23,909 nt of DNA. Source: a candidate division FCPU426 bacterium. Lineage in GTDB: Bacteria > Oederibacteriota > JAAXVQ01 > JAUVAV01. Positions 15,526 to 23,909 of this stretch are shown here, piece by piece (position 1 is the stretch's first letter; each line of letters opens with the position of its first letter). The translations under genes were made by a program, and so were the position numbers. Below the pieces are notes generated by a model. That model had not been told where the DNA came from. It saw only the letters and a list, made by a program, of their open reading frames with translations, and ran no database searches. The stretch is taken from contig DAOWGI010000047.1 in NCBI GenBank assembly GCA_030637655.1, forward strand, positions 1 through 23,909. Direction: 5' to 3'.

Positions 15526-17851
15526 AATGTTTTAAACCGCCTTCCCATACTTGGTATAAATTTTTCACACTTTCCCGCAACAATTGCCGGCCTTGATGCC
15601 TGATCGTCAGACGATCACGCACCACAGTTCCAATGTCCGTATAGGGAACTTTGTATTGCCAACACAATTCCTGCATGGCAGACCTATTTTCCGGGGTCAC
15701 GCTAATGATGGCCCGGGACTGCGACTCGGAAAAGAGCAGACTGACATCCGAAAGTCGTGAGGCAAAATACAATTCAGCGCCCAGACCCGGTTGACCATGA
15801 GCTATTCCGAAAAAAGTTGCTTCTGCGGCTGCTACAGCCAAGCCGCCTTCTGAGCAGTCTTGCGCTGAGCGCAGTAAATTTTGGCGTGCCGCGGCAACCA
15901 ATGCCTTTTGCAAAGCAGCTTCCTGCCGTAGATTCAGTTCCGGCGGTTTTCCGGCTTTTACGCCTTTGGTCTCATATAACCAGGACGACCCGCCCATTTC
16001 ATCCCAGGTCTTGCCCAGCAAAATAACGCAATCGCCTCCGGCTTTAAACCAGGGCGTCACAAGCTGACTTTGATCTTCCAGCAAACCGACCACACCCACC
16101 ACCGGGGTCGGATCAACCGCGCCGGCCGGACTCTCATTATAAAAACTGACATTACCGCCGGTAACCGGTATTTGTAAAGCCCGGCATACTTCAGCCATCC
16201 CGCGCACTGCTTGCTTGAACTGCCAAAAGATTTCAGGATCCATGGGATTCCCAAAATTGAGACAATCCGTAACACCCAGGGGCTGAGCTCCGGTAACAGC
16301 CACATTGCGCGCCGCTTCAGCCACTGCGATTCTACCGCCCAGGCGCGGATCCAAGTATGTGTAGCGTCCATTTCCATCTATGGAAACACTTACTGCTTTG
16401 CGCGTATGTTTAATGCGTAATACCGCGGCGCCCGCACCGGGTAGCAGCACAGTATTGGTCCGTACCATGTGATCGTACTGTTCCCACACATATCGTTTGG
16501 AGCACAAATTTGGCGCGGCCAACAATGTATTCAATGTTTTAGCAGGTGTCTCGGTTACTTTTAACGCTTGGGGGGGGATGTTTTTGGTTTTCTCTAAATA
16601 CGCGGGTTTACGGGCCAAACGAAGGTAGGTCGGATATCCCGGATACTTGGTATCTGCCAAGGCGCCGGCCGGAATATCAGTTACCATCTTTCCATAATGT
16701 TTAATCCGGATTTTACGGTTTTTGGTCACTTTTCCAATATCCGCTGCGTACAGATTCCATTTTTTTAAAATTTGTTTCACTTTTTTCTCATGCCCTTTTT
16801 TAGCTACCAGCAACATCCGTTCCTGGGATTCGGAGAGCATGATTTCATAGGGCACCATATGCGTTTCGCGCTGCGGCACTTTTTCCAGTTCAATCTCCAT
16901 CCCGGTCCCGGCCCGGGCAGCCATCTCACTGGTAGCGCAGGTTAAGCCTGCCGCACCCATGTCTTGAATACCCACCAAGTGTTTTCCACGAATCAACTCC
17001 AAGGTGGCTTCCAGCAATAATTTTTCCATAAACGGGTCCGCCACTTGCACTGCGCTCTTGCGTTCTTCAGCTTCTTCGGAAAGTTCATCCGAGGCAAAAG
17101 TAGCGCCGTGAATGCCATCACGCCCGGTGGTGGAGCCAATATAAAAAACACGATTCCCCACACCAGTGGCCCGGCCCAAAGCCAATTCTTCATGTTTCAT
17201 AAACCCCACTGCCATGACATTGACCAGGCAATTGTCTAAATAAGTATCATCAAAAATAACCTCACCACCAATAGTGGGGACTCCCATGCAATTACCGTAA
17301 CCGGCAATACCTTCAACCACGCCGGTGAAAATATGCCGTGCTTTAGCGTGATTCAATTTTCCAAACCGCAGCGAATCCAAACAAGCAACCGGTCTGGCTC
17401 CCATGGTAAAAATATCACGTAAAATTCCGCCCACCCCGGTGGCTGCTCCCTGGTAGGGTTCAATCGCGCTGGGATGATTATGGGATTCCACCTTAAAGCA
17501 GACTGCGCGCCCGTCTCCAATATCCATAACTCCTGCGTTTTCGCCCGGACCTTGAATCACCCGCGGTCCACGGGTGGGAAACTGTTTGAGCACAGGCCGG
17601 GAATTTTTGTACGAACAATGCTCTGACCACATGACAGAGAACATACCCAGTTCCGTATAAGCCGGGACACGTCCCAATATTCGTTGTATGGTCTGGTATT
17701 CCTTAGGGGTTAAACCATGCTCTTTGACAATCCCGGGGGTGATGTCCGGATCACCGGAATAGGCCTGCGGTGCTTGCCTGCCATTCGCACGCTTCGTTTT
17801 CGTACTTGCCTTACGGACTTTTACTTGCTTTACTTTTTTTCTCAAGATCAT
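15503..17851 (-). CDS. purL: Phosphoribosylformylglycinamidine synthase subunit PurL (small type)
   Basis: [57 protein letters not shown]. Start is ATG 17851 or TTG 17845. Confidence 0.98.
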   Translation of the reverse strand: MILRKKVKQVKVRKASTKTKRANGRQAPQAYSGDPDITPGIVKEHGLTPKEYQTIQRILGRVPAYTELGMFSVMWSEHCSYKNSRPVLKQFPTRGPRVIQGPGENAGVMDIGDGRAVCFKVESHNHPSAIEPYQGAATGVGGILRDIFTMGARPVACLDSLRFGKLNHAKARHIFTGVVEGIAGYGNCMGVPTIGGEVIFDDTYLDNCLVNVMAVGFMKHEELALGRATGVGNRVFYIGSTTGRDGIHGATFASDELSEEAEERKSAVQVADPFMEKLLLEATLELIRGKHLVGIQDMGAAGLTCATSEMAARAGTGMEIELEKVPQRETHMVPYEIMLSESQERMLLVAKKGHEKKVKQILKKWNLYAADIGKVTKNRKIRIKHYGKMVTDIPAGALADTKYPGYPTYLRLARKPAYLEKTKNIPPQALKVTETPAKTLNTLLAAPNLCSKRYVWEQYDHMVRTNTVLLPGAGAAVLRIKHTRKAVSVSIDGNGRYTYLDPRLGGRIAVAEAARNVAVTGAQPLGVTDCLNFGNPMDPEIFWQFKQAVRGMAEVCRALQIPVTGGNVSFYNESPAGAVDPTPVVGVVGLLEDQSQLVTPWFKAGGDCVILLGKTWDEMGGSSWLYETKGVKAGKPPELNLRQEAALQKALVAAARQNLLRSAQDCSEGGLAVAAAEATFFGIAHGQPGLGAELYFASRLSDVSLLFSESQSRAIISVTPENRSAMQELCWQYKVPYTDIGTVVRDRLTIRHQGRQLLRESVKNLYQVWEGGLKHYVHPAGG

Positions 17852-17918
17852 TACTCCTTCTTACGTCTCCTGCGATTAAGGTCAGTTGGCAGCTGACCTG
17901 GTTTAAAACGATATTTTA

Positions 17919-18611
17919 TTAAGTACGCAGTTTTGTTTTTAGTAAACACCAAGCCAGACGCCAGGCACCGGCCCGGGATGATTTCTTTTTTTCTTCTACA
18001 GGCTTGGGCATGTAGGATATAGGAACTTCCGGAATATGTGTGCCTCGTTTAAGTATTTCAGCGGTTATTTCGGAGTTAAATTCAAATCCATTGGAAACAA
18101 ATTCCGTTGCTTGCAATATGGATTTGCGGAATACTTTATAGCCTGAAGCGATGGCGGTTATTTTAGCATTGAAAAAAAGGCGGGTCAACCACGATAGCAG
18201 GTACTCCCGAAAATAGAGATACGCTCCTGCCCGGCCGGTAAGCCGCCCTAATTTGGCGCCCAGCAAACAGGACCCATAGACCACATCGCTTTCGTTGGCT
18301 TGAATGGGTTTGATCAAAACCGGATAATCGGTCGGATCATACTCTAAATCCGCGTCCTGTATGAGGATGATCTCCCCTGCCGCTTCAGCCAAACCGGCTC
18401 TAATGGCCGCGCCTTTTCCAACCCGGCAAGGCAAGGTTATGATTTTAACTTCCGGTACTGAAGCTGCCAATTCACCGGTAGCGTCCTGCGAACCGTCATC
18501 CACTACAATAATTTCACCTGAAAAAAAATCAAACTCCTGCTTTACACGATGCAGAATCTCAAGTATGGTGTTTTGCTCATTATAGGCAGGAATGATTACT
18601 GAAACGTCCAT
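17919..18611 (-). CDS. GT2 polyprenol-phosphate glycosyltransferase-like protein (DPM1/GtrB type)
   Basis: SVIIPAYNE, VVDDGSQD, GKGAA, QDADLEYDP, EVPISY. ATG 18611 follows GAGGGGG. Confidence 0.88.
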   Translation of the reverse strand: MDVSVIIPAYNEQNTILEILHRVKQEFDFFSGEIIVVDDGSQDATGELAASVPEVKIITLPCRVGKGAAIRAGLAEAAGEIILIQDADLEYDPTDYPVLIKPIQANESDVVYGSCLLGAKLGRLTGRAGAYLYFREYLLSWLTRLFFNAKITAIASGYKVFRKSILQATEFVSNGFEFNSEITAEILKRGTHIPEVPISYMPKPVEEKKKSSRAGAWRLAWCLLKTKLRT

Positions 18612-18652
18612 GTGCACCCCCTCATTTTGAATAGTTCTTTTACTTGGCTCGC

Positions 18653-21175
18653 TTATTGGTCTCCGAAAAACATCCCTTCCAGACGTTCTAAATTCTGTCT
18701 GGCCTTCTCCTGTTTAGTATCCTTTTCTAAAGCTCTGGTAAAACAGCGCTTGGCTTCTTTCTGATTTCCAAACTGCATATGTACGGCACCCAGATTATTG
18801 TACGCCCACGGGGCTAAATCCGCCAGCTGTTCCGCTTTTTGATAATACTGCAAAGCTTCTTCATACTTTTTTTGATCCAAATACCAATTCGCTAATCCAA
18901 GATATGAATATTGCCAGTCAGGCGCCAAAGCAGCCATCCGGATAAGATGTGCCCGAACATCCTCCCTTTTATTTCTGCGCTGCGCACGCTGTAATACACC
19001 ATAATGCTGCGTTACTTTGCCTACAGTGGCTCGATCGTAAGTAAACAAGGGACGACCTGGCTTGATAATTTTACTGCGATCCGGTTTTTCCGATATGGTG
19101 TACAGCACCATTTGTCCTATTTTGGCTCTTGCTACCGTGTAGTGCGTAATAAATTCCTGGAACCTATGTATGGCCTCAGCTTCCCAGATATAGGTCTCCC
19201 AGCCCCGAACCCGCGCAGCCTCCTGATAATGAATAAAAAGATGCGTAAATCCCAAACCGCGCAAGCGAGACCATACGGCCTCGGCACTTTCTGCTTCATC
19301 CAACCATTGGATAAACGGCGTACGATCATGCACTGTGGAGGAAAGCACTGCGCGCTCAATATAATAGGTGCGCGCTTCTCCCAGCAGCAGTATTTTCGAG
19401 GTTTTTGGCAACTGATTGATGATCCGAGCCATGGGCGTATAGGTATTCATCAGCTTGCGATCTAAATAGGTCTGCTTGCTTTCCAGCCCAAAAAAGAATC
19501 CCACGGGATCACGATGCGAAAGAATAATATCAAATTTGGCGGTTAAAACCCAGAATGCCAAAAACACCAGCGTCCACTTGCCCAGGGTTACCAACCCGCG
19601 GTTCCATTGCTCACTTTGCTTCAAAGCCATAGCTCCCAAAATGGCCAGGAGCGGCAAACACGGAATCAGATACCGCGTGATTTGCGTCTGCGTAGTCCAG
19701 ATAAGTATAGTTACTGTTGACACTGCAACCAGGCAAATAAATAACGGCGGGCCACGATAACGCCGGGCTCCCAGCAGGATCAGCACCCAGGGCGCTAAAA
19801 ATAAATACGTGGCACCGATAAAAGAATTGCTGGTCGCCATATAAAAACTCAGATCCCAGGGCTGGCGTAAATACTGAATCCAGGTGCGATCACTGTACTC
19901 CCGGAACTCGTACATTTCCTGTTCCATTTTGATTTCATCAATTAATGGACTATGAATTTTTGTAAAGGCAAAGGGATAAACCGGATTTCCGGTATAGATA
20001 TAATTCCTGGCCCAAAAAGGCAGGATTATCAAGAAACCAACCACAAACAACTGTATGCCTATCAGCAGGACTGGTTTCCACAAAATGGCATTACGATACT
20101 TTAATAACACCAACCCAATGGTAAACGGACCCAGCATAAACGCAGTAGTATATTTACACGCAAAGGCCATTCCCATCAACAGGCCGGTCAAGACAACCTG
20201 GCGGGTGGACGTCTTTTCCGCTTGATACCATTCCAGCAAAGCATTCACACCCAACACGGCAAAGAAAACAGCTCCCACATCTGCGCCGGCAACTTCCATA
20301 TTCATCGCGACCACAGGTGTGGCCAAAAAGAGCCCTGCCGCCCAAAAACCAACCTTTCGTCCTGAGATACGCCGTCCCAGGGAAAAAACAGCCAGACCGC
20401 CCAGCACACCAAGTGTAGCATGCAGTATCCGGGCCAAGCGTTCGTCAGTGACCAGCAAAGCCCCGGTATACAACATCTCTACAGCCATGGGAAAATGCGA
20501 GTGAATCGTATAGGGCACATGAAAAATATGGTGCTCACGAATCCAGTGGGATGGAACTGCCAGATGATACACCAAAGCATCATAGAAGAGTTCCGGCACA
20601 TTGACCTGTACAAACACTTGCAACAAACTAAATAGAACAACAACAGCTAATCCCCATTCGGTCCAGGTGAATTTTTTTCCCAACCACCCGGAGTGGGGCT
20701 TCACTTCCTGACGGTGATTCCAGAGCAACCATCCACCCCAGAGTGTGCCAATGACCAACAGCACGGTAAACAGCCAGTGATAGTACAACCCCAGCAAACC
20801 CAAGGCGTGAATACTGTACGAGAGTCCCGCGAATCCCAATCCGAGGGAATACAATGTGGATTCCAAACGACTTCGGTTGCCAACAAACCATTTCCCCAGC
20901 ACAGCACGTCCCAGACCATAGGCAGTCACGAGAAAAGCAGCCCACCAGAGCCAGTTTTTCAGCATACCCAACCAATGCCCCAGAATGGTCATTGCTCCCG
21001 GAGCATTAAATCGTTGCAGATTGAAAAAATAGAGAATGTGTTGGAAATTAAAGGAAAAAGCTTGCATGGTCTTCCAAGCCAGCAACAGGGCCCAGCCTGC
21101 TAATAGCAATACGGCCAACCAAGCATATTCAGAGGTTTTCTGTTTTTGAATGGGGGAAAGATTTTTCTTCGCCAC
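18653..21175 (-). CDS. Multi-pass membrane GT-C-like (PMT/ArnT-type) glycosyltransferase with C-terminal TPRs
   Basis: More than 12 TM segments, YDALVYHL loop, GMAFACKYT, GNPVYP, RYLIP; TPRs (LGLANWY..ALQYYQKA, AYNNLGAV..A..CFTRAL); adjacent to GT2. Confidence 0.75.
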   Translation of the reverse strand: MAKKNLSPIQKQKTSEYAWLAVLLLAGWALLLAWKTMQAFSFNFQHILYFFNLQRFNAPGAMTILGHWLGMLKNWLWWAAFLVTAYGLGRAVLGKWFVGNRSRLESTLYSLGLGFAGLSYSIHALGLLGLYYHWLFTVLLVIGTLWGGWLLWNHRQEVKPHSGWLGKKFTWTEWGLAVVVLFSLLQVFVQVNVPELFYDALVYHLAVPSHWIREHHIFHVPYTIHSHFPMAVEMLYTGALLVTDERLARILHATLGVLGGLAVFSLGRRISGRKVGFWAAGLFLATPVVAMNMEVAGADVGAVFFAVLGVNALLEWYQAEKTSTRQVVLTGLLMGMAFACKYTTAFMLGPFTIGLVLLKYRNAILWKPVLLIGIQLFVVGFLIILPFWARNYIYTGNPVYPFAFTKIHSPLIDEIKMEQEMYEFREYSDRTWIQYLRQPWDLSFYMATSNSFIGATYLFLAPWVLILLGARRYRGPPLFICLVAVSTVTILIWTTQTQITRYLIPCLPLLAILGAMALKQSEQWNRGLVTLGKWTLVFLAFWVLTAKFDIILSHRDPVGFFFGLESKQTYLDRKLMNTYTPMARIINQLPKTSKILLLGEARTYYIERAVLSSTVHDRTPFIQWLDEAESAEAVWSRLRGLGFTHLFIHYQEAARVRGWETYIWEAEAIHRFQEFITHYTVARAKIGQMVLYTISEKPDRSKIIKPGRPLFTYDRATVGKVTQHYGVLQRAQRRNKREDVRAHLIRMAALAPDWQYSYLGLANWYLDQKKYEEALQYYQKAEQLADLAPWAYNNLGAVHMQFGNQKEAKRCFTRALEKDTKQEKARQNLERLEGMFFGDQ

Positions 21176-21197
21176 GTATGTAGTCCCCTCCTCGGAT

Positions 21198-21896
21198 TTA
21201 GGCCAGGATACGTGCGCTATTTAATAATGACCGGAATATACTGAGTCCGTCCGAGGAACCCATTGCCGGTTCCATACAGCGTTCCGGATGCGGCATCATA
21301 CCCAAAACATTCCCTCGTTCATTGCATATTCCGGCAATATTGTCCACCGACCCATTGGGATTTGACTCAGAAGTCACTTGCCCGTCAGGTGCCGCATATC
21401 GGAAAAGAATTTGATCGCGTGCTCTTAGGTGTTTCAAGGTGGCTTGATCACAATAATAATTGCCTTCACCGTGCGCAATTGGAATATTCAGTACCGTACC
21501 TTTGGGAATGTGCCGGGTAAACGGGGATAGCTGTGATTCTACCCGCAAGGGTACGTATTTACAGATAAACGTCAAGGTTTTGTTGCGGAGCATGGCTCCG
21601 GGCAACAACCCTGCTTCTAAGAGTATCTGAAAACCATTGCAAATACCAATAACCGGTTTGCCTTGTTCGGCATGGGCCAGGACCATGTCCAGCATGGGTG
21701 AAAAACGGGCAATGGCGCCGGTTCGCAAATAATCCCCATACGAAAACCCACCCGGCAAGATCAAACAATCGACACGCGGGGATGTTTTGCTTTTGTGCCA
21801 TATGAACTCAACAGGTTGCTGCAATACATCGCGGACCACGGAATAGCAATCATGGTCACAATTGCTGCCGGGAAATACCACGACTCCGAATTTCAC
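21198..21896 (-). CDS. purQ: FGAM synthase glutaminase subunit
   Basis: [48 protein letters not shown] start overlaps the purS stop. Confidence 0.98.
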   Translation of the reverse strand: MKFGVVVFPGSNCDHDCYSVVRDVLQQPVEFIWHKSKTSPRVDCLILPGGFSYGDYLRTGAIARFSPMLDMVLAHAEQGKPVIGICNGFQILLEAGLLPGAMLRNKTLTFICKYVPLRVESQLSPFTRHIPKGTVLNIPIAHGEGNYYCDQATLKHLRARDQILFRYAAPDGQVTSESNPNGSVDNIAGICNERGNVLGMMPHPERCMEPAMGSSDGLSIFRSLLNSARILA

Positions 21897-22177
21897 GCCG
21901 CCCTCTTGGCATCATTGCTGATTTTAAGATGATAGTGCTCAATTACAGGATTGACCAGCAATTTATCGCACATGCGGCGCGCTTGTTTCTCTACTTCTGT
22001 CTTGTTCAAGTTCGCGGCAAAACTAAGTTTGAAATACTTGCCCAGACGGGCGCCGGTCAAGCTGGTATAGCCCATGGAATGGAGCGCGCGTTGTACGGTC
22101 GTTCCCTGAGGATCCAAAACGCTGGGTTTTAAGGTGACAAACACCTCAACCATCCAATCTTTTTTCTTCCGGAGCAT
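21893..22177 (-). CDS. purS: FGAM synthase subunit PurS
   Basis: [26 protein letters not shown]. Start reassigned to ATG 22177 after GGAGGA. Confidence 0.96.
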   Translation of the reverse strand: MLRKKKDWMVEVFVTLKPSVLDPQGTTVQRALHSMGYTSLTGARLGKYFKLSFAANLNKTEVEKQARRMCDKLLVNPVIEHYHLKISNDAKRAA

Positions 22178-22200
22178 CGACTTCCTCCAATTTATAAATA

Positions 22201-22236
22201 AATTGTAGAGACGTAACATGTTACGTCTCTACAATT
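22201..22236. repeat. Perfect 36-bp palindrome (GTAG REP-like)
   Basis: AATTGTAGAGACGTAACATGTTACGTCTCTACAATT equals its own reverse complement. Confidence 0.9.
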
Positions 22237-22252
22237 ATGTTCGCAACATAAT

Positions 22253-23551
22253 TTATTTTTCCAAACCAATAGAACGAAATATTTTATCCACCTGTTTGGT
22301 ATGGTATTTCATATCAAAACACTTTTTGTAATCTGCGCTGGTAAGCCGCTGCTTGATGTCCGCATCGTTTTGTACTAATTGTTGGAAGCTGACCTCTTCC
22401 TGCCAAGCCTGCGTGGCCAACTGCTGTACTTTGCGGTAGGCCAGATCTCGTGACATGCCTCTTTCCACCAAGGCCAATAGCACTTGTTGCGAATGAATCA
22501 GTCCAAAGGTCATATTGAGATTGCGTGCTATGTTCTTAGGATTTACCACCATATTCTCGATGACCCGGTTCATTAATTTTAATTGATATTCCAGTATTGC
22601 TGTGGCATCCGGCAGGATCATACGCTCAACCGAAGAATGGGAAATATCCCGTTCGTGCCATAAGACCATGTTCTCCAGACCGGACATGGCATAGCCGCGC
22701 AGCAATCTGGCCAGGCCGGTAATGCGTTCACAAAGAATCGGATTACGCTTGTGCGGCATAGCAGACGATCCTTTTTGTCCTTTGGCAAAAAACTCCTCTA
22801 TCTCGCGTACCTCGGTTCGGTGTAAATGCCTGATTTCAACCGCAATGTTTTCCAGAGTACCGCCGATCTGGGCCAACACACAAAGATAATCAGCATGACG
22901 GTCGCGCGAAACCACCTGCGTGGCAGGAACTTCGGCCTGAAAGCTTAATTTTTTTGCCACCCGGGCTTCCACCCGCGGATCCTGATTCGCGTAGGTTCCC
23001 ACTGCACCGGAAAGTTTGCACACTTCAACCGCTGGTCTGACGCGCGCAAAGCGTTCACGCTGCCGTCTCACTTCAGTAAGAAAAACAGCCATTTTCAATC
23101 CCAAGGTAATTGGTTCAGCGTGTACTCCATGCGAACGTCCAATCATCACCAGGTTTTTATATTTTTTGGCTTGCCGGACCAGAATTTGTTCCAACCGTTT
23201 CAATTGCGCGTCCAACAAATCCGAGGCTTCCCGCAAACGCAAAGATTGGGCCGTGTCCACCACATCAGTAGATGTCAACCCATGATGGAGATAACGACCA
23301 ACCGATCCCATGGATTCCGCCGTAGAAGAAACAAAAGCAATAATGTCATGATTGGTGATTTTCTCAATAGCTGCCGCCCGTTTAGGATTAATCCGCGCTT
23401 TCTGTTTCATGGCACGAAAAACCTTTTTTGGCAAAATACCCAGATCAGCTTGCGCTTCTGCCACTGCCAGTTCGACTACCAACCAGGTCTCCAGTTTGTG
23501 CTTTTCCGACCAAATGGCAAGCATTTCTTTTGATGTGTAACGTTCAATCAT
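22253..23551 (-). CDS. purB: Adenylosuccinate lyase
   Basis: MIERY, HDIIAF, HHGLTSTD, GRSHGVHAEP, SGAVG, KGSSAMPHKRNP, WHERDISHSSVER. Confidence 0.98.
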   Translation of the reverse strand: MIERYTSKEMLAIWSEKHKLETWLVVELAVAEAQADLGILPKKVFRAMKQKARINPKRAAAIEKITNHDIIAFVSSTAESMGSVGRYLHHGLTSTDVVDTAQSLRLREASDLLDAQLKRLEQILVRQAKKYKNLVMIGRSHGVHAEPITLGLKMAVFLTEVRRQRERFARVRPAVEVCKLSGAVGTYANQDPRVEARVAKKLSFQAEVPATQVVSRDRHADYLCVLAQIGGTLENIAVEIRHLHRTEVREIEEFFAKGQKGSSAMPHKRNPILCERITGLARLLRGYAMSGLENMVLWHERDISHSSVERMILPDATAILEYQLKLMNRVIENMVVNPKNIARNLNMTFGLIHSQQVLLALVERGMSRDLAYRKVQQLATQAWQEEVSFQQLVQNDADIKQRLTSADYKKCFDMKYHTKQVDKIFRSIGLEK

Positions 23552-23713
23552 TAGTCCATACCTTCTATATATTATGATCTTCCCATTAAAAAACGGATGT
23601 AAGCAGCCAGAATCCTGTGAAATTCAGAAAACGCTTGATTTCCATGCTTTTTATTGATGTAACGACAATGTTTTCAGCTTCTGTTAAAAAAAATCATCCT
23701 AAAAAGAGTTTGC

Positions 23714-23742
23714 ATTATAACCAACCCACTGCCTGCGGTCAA
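23714..23742 (-). promoter_or_regulatory. Sigma70 promoter of the purB operon
   Basis: Minus strand TTGACC-N17-TATAAT, implying a leader of about 155 nt. Confidence 0.8.
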
Positions 23743-23845
23743 GGAATTTTGAACTCCGAAAGTAACCCGGCAAATTGTAACTCATATTGCAACATTACCT
23801 GATTGCTACACAAACAGGCAAATAGTTACTTTATCCTTAAAAAAC

Positions 23846-23885
23846 TCACCACAAAGGCACAAAGGACACTAAGATACACAAAGGA
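23846..23885. repeat. Left arm of a periodic-repeat hairpin (partner probably beyond the window)
   Basis: TCAC-CACAAAGG-CACAAAGGA-CACTAAGATA-CACAAAGGA resembles the TCACCACAGAGA arm at 1077. Confidence 0.6.
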
Positions 23886-23909
23886 AAGCCTAAGATAGAC
23901 CTTAATTAT

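Noticed and set aside
17879-17899. Hairpin AGGTCAG..CTGACCT before purL
   Set aside because: Short, with no adjacent U-tract; function cannot be supported.
23586-23645. 19-codon leader ORF (MEIKRFLNFTGFWLLTSVF) upstream of purB
   Set aside because: No RBS and no attenuator structure visible.
23626-23764. PurR-box-like words (AGAAAACGCTTG; ACTCCGAAAGT)
   Set aside because: Weak single matches to the E. coli and B. subtilis consensus, not repeated upstream of purN.

Overview
Bacterial chromosomal window dominated by a de novo purine biosynthesis cluster on the minus strand: purB-purS-purQ-[GT-C/TPR membrane protein]-[GT2]-purL-purF-purM, then accessory genes (B-box membrane protein, GH18, GGQ rescue factor, membrane protein, DinG/YoaA helicase, receiver protein, small lipoprotein), then purN-purH-[PilZ]-purD-purE-[HAD hydrolase, partial]. 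purC and purK are not in the window. The intergenic DNA is the most unusual part. (i) Two ~165-bp gene-less elements share both ends, are bounded by TTAG direct repeats that overlap host stop codons, and carry different periodic hairpins inside, suggesting a non-autonomous site-specific cassette. (ii) A ~75-nt sRNA candidate has its own promoter, an anti-Shine-Dalgarno loop and a terminator. (iii) A sigma54-type promoter with upstream palindromes precedes a structured leader, a 61-aa lipoprotein and a C-rich 3' structure. (iv) About a dozen GTAG REP-like hairpins have co-varying stems. All calls come from reading motifs by eye; no searches or folding programs were run.
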